A stretch of DNA of 32,035 nucleotides from NCBI RefSeq assembly GCF_006345805.1, contig NW_021829616.1, forward strand, positions 1 through 32,035, read 5' to 3'. This document shows, in pieces, positions 11,120-21,294 of this stretch. A program made the translations under genes and the position numbers. The notes under the pieces were generated by a model, which made no database searches, was not told the origin of the DNA, and saw only the letters and a list, made by a program, of their open reading frames with translations. Numbering within the stretch: position 1 is the stretch's first letter; every line of letters starts with the position of its first letter. Source of the DNA: Octopus sinensis. Its lineage: Eukaryota.

Positions 11120-12068
11120 ATTATTTGCACAAGATCTGTAATTTTGGGAGAAGGTATTACTCACTTACATTGACCCTAATGCTCAATTGGTACTTATTTT
11201 ATCGACTCCGAGGTGTTGAAAAGCAAAGTCGACCTCGGCAGAATTTGAAATCAGAATGTGAAGACGGACGAAATGCCGCTAAGCATTTTGCCCGGTGGGC
11301 TTACGATTCTGGTAGCTCACTGCCTTTATACATGTGAATATCGCTTTCAAATTTTGTCACAAGGCCAGCAATTTTGGGAAAGGGGATATGTCGATAAAGT
11401 CGCCTCCAGTGCTCAGCTGTTACTTATTTTTAAAAGAAGCACGAAGACATAAATTTTAGAGAAGGGGAATAGGTTACCATATTGGTTTCAAATATCGGCA
11501 CACGGTCTGCAGGTTTGTAGGAGGAGCTAAGTCGATTAAATTGACCCCTGTGTTCAACTGTTACATTTTTTTTTACCGTTCCCGGAAAGATGAAAAGCAA
11601 GGTCGGACGGACGAAATATCACCAGGTGTTTCCCCCTACGTGCTGTCTTTATACACAGGAACACTGACTTCTAATACAAGCACGAAGACACAAATTTTGG
11701 AGGTAGGGAAATAAGTTATCATATTAACGTCAAAATTTGAATGGTAATCCATTTAACGATCTCGAAAGTTTGAAAATCAAAGTTGTCCTTGGCGGTATTT
11801 GAACTCAAAACGTGAAAGTACTTCTAAAAAGTGTACCTTAAAGAATGTTGTTCGTTGCTTAACCTTTCTAGCTAATCCAACGTTCTCGTACAAATACGAA
11901 TATCGATTTCAAATTTTGGCATAAGGTCAGTAATTCCGGCGGAAGAGGTAAGTCAATTACATCGACCCCAGTACGCAACTGGTACTTAATTTACCGACCT
12001 CGAAAGGATGAAAGGCAAAGTTGACCTCGGCGGAATTTGAACTCAGAACGTAAAGACAGACGAAATAC
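11120..12068 (-). mobile_element. Run of about five co-oriented SINE family A copies/fragments
   Basis: Repeated GTCGACCTCGGC..GAATTTGAACTC and CACAAGGCC..AATTTTGG blocks at ~11120-11326, 11340-11430, 11480-11630, 11678-11820 and 11900-12068. Confidence 0.8.
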
Positions 12069-12308
12069 TTATTTCTTTATTTCTTTATTGCCCACAAGGG
12101 GCTAAACATAGAGGGGACAAACAATGACAGACAAACAGATTAAGTCGATTATATCGACCCCAGTGTGTAACTGGTACTTATTTAATCTACCTCGAAAGGA
12201 TGAAAGGCAAAGTCGACCTCGGCGGAATTTGAACTCAAAACGTAGTGACAGACGAAATACCGCTAAGCATTTTGCCCGGCGTGCTAACGTTTCTGCCAGC
12301 TCGCCGCC
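12069..12308 (-). mobile_element. SINE family A, full length, with an alternative Tx1-LINE-like 3' tail
   Basis: Standard head and core, then TTGTCCCCTCTATGTTTAGCCCCTTGTGGGCAATAAAGAAATAAAGAAATAA. The tail matches 21297-21337. Confidence 0.9.
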
Positions 12309-12649
12309 TTAGATGTTTATCTAAACTACCACCTTCATTATAGTCGTCTGTTGCAGCCCTGCAGATGCTATGGATTGGGATGTATTGTCATGTAGGAACT
12401 GAAACCTTAGATTTTACGAAAGGGAAGTATGTTTCCGAGAAAGAAAATAAGTATAGTATAATCCAAGGATCAAACAATATTTGTACCTAAGGTATATGAT
12501 GATTGGTGTCGTTAGTGAAATGGTGTTTCAAACAACATGAACAAAAACGCAGTTCCTGATCCTTCATCTATCGAGGCGTGAAAAAGAATTGGAGTGAATC
12601 TAGTTATCGACACATTAATCCTCGTCTCGTGAAGACCCCTACATCCTAC

Positions 12650-12712
<63 letters not shown>

Positions 12713-12717
12713 AATAT

Positions 12718-14640
12718 TAGGGAATAAATCCAAACTTACAGGGAAAAAATTAGATTTAGGATTAAATCCAATTTTATAGTATAAATATATTATATTATAT
12801 TATATTAAATTAGAGATTAAACCACTATTAGGCAAATCAAACAGTGAAAAACATAAGCCAATACATAAAATTAATTTAAAAATATAAAAGTTAAAAATAA
12901 AAAATTATTTAAATAATTTAAACTTATAAATTTTATATATATATACAAATATATATATGTATGTATATTTTTATATTTATATATTATTTTATTTATTAAT
13001 TTAAAAAAAAAAATATATATCAAAAGTATATTAAACTTTTAATACTTTTGATATATATTTTTAAAAAAATTAATTAATCAATTAATTAATGAAATAATAT
13101 ATAAATATAAAAATATACATACATATATATATATTTGTATATATATATATAAAATTTATAAGTTTAAATTATTTAAATAATTTTTTATTTTTAACTTTTA
13201 TATTTTTAAATTAATTTTATGTATTGGTTTATGTTTTTCAGTGTTTGATTTGCCTAATAGTGGTTTTATCTCTAATTTAATATAATATATATATTAGACG
13301 AAAATTTCAGTCTGTGACTGAACGAGTCTCACTGAAGGAACCAAGTAAGAGCTTATGATATTTCCTATTTCTTGAAGAGGGTAGGTTTAAGTGGTCGTCT
13401 TTAATTCGTCCCCACAAGAAATATCTCCAGAAAGAAACCATACACTATATATTCTATGTGCCATAACTTCTAGAAATCTTATTTGAAAAAGTTTTACGTT
13501 CGCGTCTGTGAAGATATAAATCTTATTTACTTAATATTTGAAAACCAAGTTAGAATGATGAACTATTTTAGCCCACGAAGATATCATTTGTTATTTGTTT
13601 TTACTGAAGTCTCTGAATTGCCGCAATGTTAGTCTATCAGATAGAAATACTTGTATGGCATGAAAGAAAATCATTAAATTTCACAGACTATCTCTGACTT
13701 ACGACTTACTTCAATTTCACATAATTTATAGAAATTAATTACTTTATCCAGTTCAACTATTTAGCAGTAATTTACACATTTGTTCTTTATTTTCTTACTC
13801 GGGTTCTTTCAACTCAGAGCTACACTTTAAAATTTTGCTACAGGTAAAGACTAGCAAAGACCATATAATTTTTTGTCACAAGTAAAGACTAATAAAGACC
13901 ACATAAAATTTCCAGGCTGGTGAAGTCGATCGCATAGAGGATCAGCTTAAACACGTGCAGGAAAGACGTAGGCCAGGAAGTAATCTCAAAGAACTTGCAG
14001 TGTTTAGTGAGGTTGTTTGAGAAGTAAGACAAAGCAAGGATAATAAAGGAAAAGAGGAACTAATTGAGTAAATAAGAGTGGAAGTGGTACAAACAAATTA
14101 CCAGACGACAACTTTAACGATTAAACGACACTAACTTTTTGACATAAGTCTAAGTATATTAAATTATCTAATTTTGAATATACTAACACAGGAAGTGATT
14201 CACCCATATGTGTGAGCTTCTCTATTGGAAGTGTTTGGCGGATAGATCAGTTTAAGTTTCAACTACTGTAAGTTAATATGTGGATCACGATTACGGTGGA
14301 AGTGGCGCCCAGCAAGTCTACGGTATAGACTGAGCAGAGAAACATTATAATTTACACGAGGTTTGAGAAAAAGAAGGTATTGAATTTATTGAATAGTTTT
14401 GTGTGAGGGCTTGGGATGTAGCCAGTAGTTTGTGAAGAGTAAAGGTCATTAGTAATAAATGTATGTATTAAAGTTTCTCGTAACGATGTTTATTTTACAA
14501 GCAGCGGCCGAGACTATTGGATAACAGTTTATCAAAATGTCAATGTTTATTAATCAGGCTCCACAGCGCAATATACCAAAGGTTTACTCACAAATTTTAT
14601 TAATATTCTTTATTTTTCTATCCTGCAGCTCATTAATCCT
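12718..14640 (-). mobile_element. Probable degenerate Penelope-like element (weak GIY-YIG C-terminal remnant plus long 3' region ending in the palindrome)
   Basis: Weak minus-strand remnant near 14400-14590 (WSLINKH*HF..GRCL..EKL*YI..PHTKL). Composition resembles the PLE 3' regions at 1-900 and 30500-31450. The classification is tentative. Confidence 0.35.
12790..13295. repeat. ~500-bp near-perfect AT-rich palindrome with a 12-nt loop at 13030-13041
   Basis: AAATTAGAGATTAAACCACTATTAGGCAAATCAAACAGTGAAAAACATAAGCCAATACATAAAATTAA... is mirrored at 13210-13285; CAAAAGTAT/ATACTTTTG closes the loop. Confidence 0.95.
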
Positions 14641-14717
14641 TTATCTTCATAGACATCGCGGTCCCCCTCTTACCACAAGACAAACTATTCTGTTACTGTG
14701 GTTATGGTTTCGATGTA

Positions 14718-14719
14718 TA

Positions 14720-14779
<60 letters not shown>

Positions 14780-14801
14780 AGATAGAGAGAGAGAGATAAA
14801 G

Positions 14802-14835
<34 letters not shown>

Positions 14836-14880
14836 GAGATAGATAGATAGATAGATATGTATGTATTCATACATACACAT
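14718..14880. repeat. Compound (CA)n(TA)n(GA)n(GATA)n microsatellite
   Basis: Direct reading. Confidence 0.95.
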
Positions 14881-15025
14881 AAGTGTTAGTATTAAGGATC
14901 GGAAAATTATAAAGTTTCAAAATAACAAACATTTTACTGGTGAATAGACTCAATAAATATAGTAGTGTTGAATCTTTATTTGTATGTAATGTATATATGT
15001 ATATATATATGTGTGTGTGTGTGTG

Positions 15026-15071
<46 letters not shown>

Positions 15072-15203
15072 TTATACTTATATGTAAGTTATAGTGCTTA
15101 CACACCCACACGTACACACCCACACGCACACACACTCCCATATATATATATATATATATATATAACAAGCGAGGGGATGTATTTCCACGCAGGATAAAAT
15201 ATA

Positions 15204-16617
15204 GGCAAATTTATTGCTGAAAATTTCTCCAACTAAATTTGAAAAACTTGTAATTGTTTTAAAATAAATATATTTACATATATACCAAACTAGTTTCAAC
15301 AATATCGTTTGCTTATCAATGGTAAAATTTTTGAATTATGAATTAGAAAACCATGTTTAAAAGTTTCAATGTTCACAAGTTTAAATGTTCATAACGGTCA
15401 ATAATATAAAATCTGTAGATTAACTTGTTTAAATGTACGAAATTCAATTGGGTAAGAAGTGGTCGACAAGAAATGAAGATCATCAAAGTTTCAGTCATAC
15501 TGATTTAAGAGGGAGAAAAACAAGGGAGAAATGAAGAGAGTAAAATAAGGGATTCAGTTTACATTTTCTGTGATTTTCTTTCTGCCGTGTGCAGGAACTT
15601 TCGCTTGTAACGGTGCTTTTAATGGAATCCGGTGTATTTATAATTTTTCCCCGAAGGGACCTGGTTTTTGATTCGTTAAATTAATGAAGTCTTGTTTTTC
15701 TGGGAGTCAAATTTGTCATCAGCCGTTCCAGTTGGTTGATTCTCTTGAAGGGTCATTTTCATGTATTTGCTAAAGTTCGGTTTTAATCGGAGGTAAAATA
15801 TCATTGGTCTAGAGTTAGGTGATGTCGGCAACTGGTGTTTGTATTGTGTTAATGTATGGTGATTTGGAGTTGCAGTTTCGAAACCCGGGTGGATGACTTA
15901 CTAAAGTTTTAAAAAATTGTCTTTTTTTTTGTGGAGAAATTGAGTCTTGTTTCCTTTTTCTCTTTAGTGTTTCTTTTTCTTTCTAAAGGATATTCAGCTG
16001 TGGTTTATATTTTTAATGAGTATGCTTTCCTTATTTAAACGGAATTGAGTTGAAGTGTTTCCGCTTCATTGATAGAGGGGAAAAATTTGGCATTTCTGGT
16101 TTATGTTTACGGTGCATTGGTCTAGGTGTTTGCTTGCGGGAATTTTCTTGGTCGTGACGAATCAAAAATTAGGTCCCTTAGCGGAAAATTTTCAAATACA
16201 CCGGATCCAGAAAAGCACCGTTACAAGCGAAAGTTCCTGCACACGGCAGAAAGAGAATCACAGAAACTGTAAACTGAATCCCTTATTTTACTATTTTCAT
16301 TTCTCCCTTGTTTTTCTCCCTCTTAACTCAGTATGACTGAAACTATGATCTTCATTTCTTGTCTACCACTTCTTACATTATTGAATTTTGTACATTTAAA
16401 CAAGTTGATCCACAGTTTTTATATTGACTGTTATGATCATATGAACTTGTGAACATTGAAACTTTTAAACATGTTTTTCTAATTCATAATTCAAAAATTT
16501 TACCATTGATAAACAAAAAATATTGTTGAAACTAGTTTGGTATATACGTAAATAAATGTATTTTAAAGCAATTACAACTTTTTCAAATTTTGGTGCATTT
16601 TCAACAACAAATTTGCC
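15204..16617. mobile_element. 1.4-kb element with ~470-bp inverted arms (15204-15686, 16157-16617) and a ~470-bp spacer
   Basis: For example TCTGCCGTGTGCAGGAACTTTCGCTTGTAACGGTGCTTTT is mirrored by AAAAGCACCGTTACAAGCGAAAGTTCCTGCACACGGCAGA. Ends are GGCAAAT.../...ATTTGCC, and both are flanked by AATATA. Confidence 0.85.
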
Positions 16618-16621
16618 AATA

Positions 16622-16738
16622 TACGAGGGTGAGTCAAAAAGTAATGCCATTTTGTTTAGGACAGGTAAAATTACCAACACAGGAACATGTGTTATACATC
16701 AAAATGAAACTTGTCCCTACTTCTCAGCATAATCACCG
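16622..16738 (+). mobile_element. Mariner (Tc1/mariner)-type terminal fragment
   Basis: TA followed by CGAGGGTGAGTCAAAAAGTAATGCC, a typical mariner TIR start (TACGAGGG..AAAAGT). No second TIR or transposase is visible. Confidence 0.6.
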
Positions 16739-16889
16739 TTTACATTATTTACATTATTTACATTCGACAGATATTTGTCCTCATCATGTTTGTTGTTGAC
16801 ACAACATTTCGGCTGATATATCCTCCAGCCTTCTTCAGGCGTCTTGGGGCAATTTCGAAACTGGGTTCTCATTCCTAAGGTATTTTCGA

Positions 16890-16935
<46 letters not shown>

Positions 16936-17016
16936 GTTGTTGTTGTTGTTGTTATTGTTCAGGTCACTTCTTGGAATCTTGGTGTTAAAAGCCCGTGCTC
17001 TTAACCACTACGCCAT
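16739..17016 (-). mobile_element. Short non-autonomous retroelement: tRNA-type head, (AAC/AAT)n linker, hammerhead ribozyme, (AATGTAAAT)n tail
   Basis: A-box TGGCGTAGTGG at 17015-17005, a B-box-like AGTTTCGAAAT near 16852-16862, a hammerhead at 16798-16843 and a 3x tandem tail at 16739-16764. Confidence 0.75.
16798..16843 (-). ncRNA. Minimal type I hammerhead ribozyme motif (PLE/retrozyme type)
   Basis: 5'-GACGC CUGAAGA A GGCUG GAGGAUAUAU CAGCC GAAA U GUU GUGUC-3'. Stem I is GACGC/GUGUC and stem II is GGCUG/CAGCC. Helix III is minimal (AAAUGUU), one change from palindromic AACGUU. Confidence 0.75.
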
Positions 17017-17531
17017 ATGGTGTAGTGGCGTAGTGTGTGTATGTATGTATGTATGTATGTATGTGTGTGTGTACACATATTCATATATATATATATATAT
17101 ATCCATCTAAAAACGTCTCTGCATCATGATCCGAAATTGCATGATCTTTTCTACCCTGATGGTGGGGATACGATTTATCCAATGTTGATTGTTTCCATTA
17201 CGGCCTGCATATTGTGGTAAACTACAACTAACAACTTTACGGATGGATCTCCGAGCCCCGACAAATAGGTGTTGGACTTCCTTCCCTTCAACCTTCTCTG
17301 TTGTTTGTTCTCTGTGTCCGTTTGATCCATCAATATAGATATCTCTTTACTTATACTTAAATATTCATCGCCTGAATGTCTTGTCTTTGCTCTAGTTTTG
17401 CATGTGTACATGTATACATATTTTATACATCAAACCCAAGCTGTTATAGTTAATTTGTTTATCAGCATAATTGCTTCTATATCCTTATACATACATACAT
17501 ACATACATACATACATACATACATACATACA

Positions 17532-17563
<32 letters not shown>

Positions 17564-17859
17564 CATACAAACATATACATATAGATGAGAGAAGGAGAGA
17601 GTTAGAAATTTGAGAAATACTTTTTTTATTATTACTTATATTCTTTTAACGCTTTCATTCCACTTGAAATTTTTCAAAAATTGTGGAGTATTGAATATAC
17701 TGCTTGATATATACGTATGAGAGATGGCGGTTTGATGAAAAATATCAGTAACTTGAATATTTTTATTAAATTTGTTTCCTTGAGTCAGGGAGTTGAACCA
17801 ACAGTAAGCGGGTTTGAAAGTGACCTGTTAAGATGTTTAACCACCTGTTCGTCGTTTTG

Positions 17860-17902
<43 letters not shown>

Positions 17903-18198
17903 AATATTTAAACAAGAGATAAATAAGTTTTGGGGAGGGTTGTTTTTTAGCTGTTGAGTGTTATCTTTGCCCGAAAGTGCCAACCGTTTATTGATTTCAT
18001 TGTATATGAAGAAATATCAGCCGTTTATTGAAGAATGCGACATAGAACAAATGATTTATAGTTGTTTAAGCAAACAAATTAATTAATTTTTTTTCTCTAA
18101 TTCCATAATTTTTTTAAATTCCGAAAAGAATGAAAGCGCTAAAGGAATATAATATAAAAAAGTATTTCTCCAACTTCTGACTACATTCTTGTCTTAAA

Positions 18199-18416
18199 GC
18201 GGAGAGCTGGCAGAAGCGTTAGCACATCGTGGCGAAGTGCTTAGGGGCATTTCGTCCGTCTTCGCGTTTTGGTTCAAATTCCACCGGGGTCGAATTTGTC
18301 TTTGATCCTCTCGAGGTCGATAAAATAGGTACCAGTTGAGTAGCGGGGCTGATGTTATCGACTAGCTCGCTTACCTCGAAATTGCTGGCCTTGTGTCAAA
18401 AATTGAAACCAATATT
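18199..18416 (+). mobile_element. SINE family A, full length, older copy with GAAATTGCTGGCCTTGTG..GAAACCAATATT tail
   Basis: GCGGAGAGCTGGCAGAAGCGTTAGCAC head, GGTTCAAATTCC B-box, GGTCGATAAAATAGGTACCAGTT core. Confidence 0.85.
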
Positions 18417-18459
18417 TAACATTTGTACACTACAACATACACTCTATATACATATTTCT

Positions 18460-18731
18460 TGGTAAGTAGCTTGCTTACCAACCACATGGTTCCGGGTTCA
18501 GTCCCAGTGCGTGGCACCTTGGGCAAGTGTCTTCTACTATAGCCTCGGGCCCACCAAAGCCTTGTAAGTGGATTTGGTAGACGGAAACTGAAAGAAGCCC
18601 GTCGTATATATGTATACATATATATATGTGTGTGTGTGCGTGTGTGTATACGTTTGTATGTCTGTGTTTGTCCCCCAACATCGCTTGACAACCGATGCTG
18701 GTGTGTTACGTCCCCGTAACTTAGCGGTTCG
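18460..18731 (+). mobile_element. SINE family B (CORE-like), young, truncated at both ends
   Basis: GGTTCAGTCCC B-box, GTGGCACCTTGGGCAAGTGTCTT CORE-like block, internal microsatellite, GTCCCCGTAACTTAGCGGTTCG. Confidence 0.9.
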
Positions 18732-19319
18732 ATGATCGTTGGAGACCATCTGATGACATCAGCCCCTCCTGGCCAAGGCTCCATTCACTTTGGTGAATAG
18801 AAAAACACCTCCTGATAGGTGTTGTTAACACACACACACACACATACACATATATATTTATGTATATAGGACGAGTTGCTCAAAAGGTCCTTGTTTTAAG
18901 GGTATCGTGAAACGCCTGATTGGAGGTCCAGCATTCCGAGGTCTTTTACAGGGATGAGCAAAACTGAAGGCCCACTACAATAAATGTGATTCTGAGGGAA
19001 TACGTTGAATAAAATCACAATTAACTGACCCTTTTATCCAAAGTCAGCAACTTTTCAGCCATCCCTTGTACATATAATTAGTTCTCCTCCAGACAATTTC
19101 TAGACAAATTTTCAAGCTTCCAAAGACAGTAAAACCATATTATGGAATGTGTTGATCCTATGCCAAAGACGGTAGGTTTGTGATTTGAGATAGATTTGAA
19201 TACTATTTCTAGAGGATCGAGCGAAGATGTAGAGTCTTCCTAGGTGGGTCGTGTTAATGATGGTATTTCTGGTTGTGGTTATGATCGTGTTTGGAATTAG
19301 AGTGATGTTTGTACTGAGG

Positions 19320-19676
19320 TCTTACTGCTGCTGTTGCTACGGCCGTTGCTGCTGGTGTAGATGCTGCTGATGAGAGTGATGATAATGATGGTGTTGGTTG
19401 TCATGATAGTAGTGATGGTGGTGATAGTGGTGGTTGTGGTGGTGATGATGATAGCTGCGGCCTTGGTGGTGGTGATAGCTGCGGTGGTGATGGTGGTGGA
19501 GATGCTGGTTGTGGTGGTGGCGGTGGTGGTGGTGGTAGCGGTGGTGGTGGTGGTGGTGGTGGTGGTGGTGATGGTGGTGATAGTGGCGGTAATTGCGGGG
19601 CTGGTGGTAGTAGTGTTGGTCCTCATGGTCTCAATGACTGTGACATTTGAGGAAGATGTGTTGATGATAATAATGG

Positions 19677-19708
<32 letters not shown>

Positions 19709-20345
19709 TTGATGGTGTTTGCGGTATGGTGATGGTGGTGGAGATTGTGTGTTGTTGGTGGCAGATTTTATAAATAGTGATGTCTTTGGTAGTGGAGTTG
19801 GAGTTGATAGAAATGGTGACTGTGTTCCTGTCCTGGACATGGATTTCGGTAGTTAAGGCAGATGAAGATGCTGGTGATTGTGGCGTCCAGTGTTAGGATG
19901 AGGGGTGGGGAAAGAAGGAGGAATTGTAGGAGCATGAGGAGGAGGTGGAGGAGGAAGAGGAGGAGGAGGAGGAGGACAAGAAGAATGAAGACAACAACCA
20001 CGAAGATGTCGACGTTTATGGCAGCGACAGTGGTAGCATGGATGATGATGATGATGAGGAGGAGGAGGACGACGACGACGACAACAGTGACGTTAATGAA
20101 GTTGATGATGGGTAGGAGGAGGAGGAGGATGTCGACAAGAATGATGACGTTGATGATGATGGTGGACGATGATGATAATGATGATGATGATGATGATGAT
20201 GAGAAAATGATGAGAAAGACAAGGTTAGCAGTATTTGACGTTGTATAGATTGTGGTGGTAGCTGTGTAGATGTTGTTGTTGGTAGTGGTGGTGGTGGTGG
20301 TAGGGTGGTGGTGGTGGTGGTGGTGGTGTGATAGTTGCAGTGTAG
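19320..20345. repeat. ~1-kb trinucleotide low-complexity tract (GGT/GAT/GAG/GAC)
   Basis: Direct reading; it produces homopolymeric ORFs on both strands. Confidence 0.9.
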
Positions 20346-20418
20346 CTGATAGTTCTACGAATGTGTGTGTGTGTGTGTGTGTGTGTATGAAGGTAGGGGA
20401 GCGGGTGACTCTGTGTCT

Positions 20419-20449
<31 letters not shown>

Positions 20450-21211
20450 TCGCATACACCGCATTCGCACACATCCCCGGTATCACTGCTTCATCATATC
20501 TAGCAGTAATTGCTGCCGTCATTGTCCATTTACAACGTGTAACTCATTTCTCTCCCAAGTGTCTCTTTTAATTCCCTAATGAATATATCATTACCTACAT
20601 CACGCCCTTCTCTCTCTCCCTCGCCATCTCTATCTCTCTCTCTCTCTCTTCTACTATCTCACACTCTCCAATCTCAAACGTATCTCTGTATGTCTGTATG
20701 TATGTGTGTATACGCAAGCACGCACACGTATCTCTCGTGTGTATATATTTATCGCTCTGTCTTTCTGTGTGTGTATATGTATATCTGTGTATATGTATAT
20801 ATGTATGTCTGTAAGTATACACACACATGTGTGTTCGTATGTGTGTGTATTCAGGCAACACTCTTACACACATAAATATATATATATATTTAATTTTATA
20901 TAAATATGTGCATATATATATGCATGTATATGTACATATATGTGGATATATAGATATGCATATATATGTACATATATATATGTGCATATATTTATGCATA
21001 TATATATGCATATATATGCATATATACGCATATATATGCGCATATATATATATATACACCCATATATATATATATATATATTAAAAATATATTGAAAATA
21101 CCATCTCTCATCTATCTATCTATATATGCATGTATATATATGCAAATATATATGCATATATATGTATATATATATAAGTATTTATATGCATATGTATGTA
21201 TGTATATATGT

Positions 21212-21212
<1 letters not shown>

Positions 21213-21293
<81 letters not shown>
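21213..21293. repeat. (AGAT)n microsatellite at the 3' junction of the Tx1 element
   Basis: Direct reading. Confidence 0.95.

Positions 21294-21294
<1 letters not shown>

Noticed and set aside
10852-12308. Repeated units as a CRISPR-like array
   Set aside because: The context is eukaryotic, and the units are diverged SINE copies of irregular length with no repeat-spacer regularity.
17110-17411. Two overlapping stop-free minus-strand frames, one starting RDIYIDGS (RNase H-like)
   Set aside because: It lacks the downstream RNase H AE and D motifs and a good splice acceptor, so it cannot be supported without a search.
18745-18830. Plus-strand CTGATGA followed by GAAAAACACC/GGTGTT hairpin as a hammerhead
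   Set aside because: There is no stem II closing at GAAA, and the would-be cleavage triplet ends in G.
19297-20503. Thr-, His-, Pro- or Val-rich ORFs of up to 234 aa (mucin-like)
   Set aside because: ORFs occur on both strands and in several frames of a trinucleotide tract. The Pro-rich frame has stops, and no splice or domain evidence exists.
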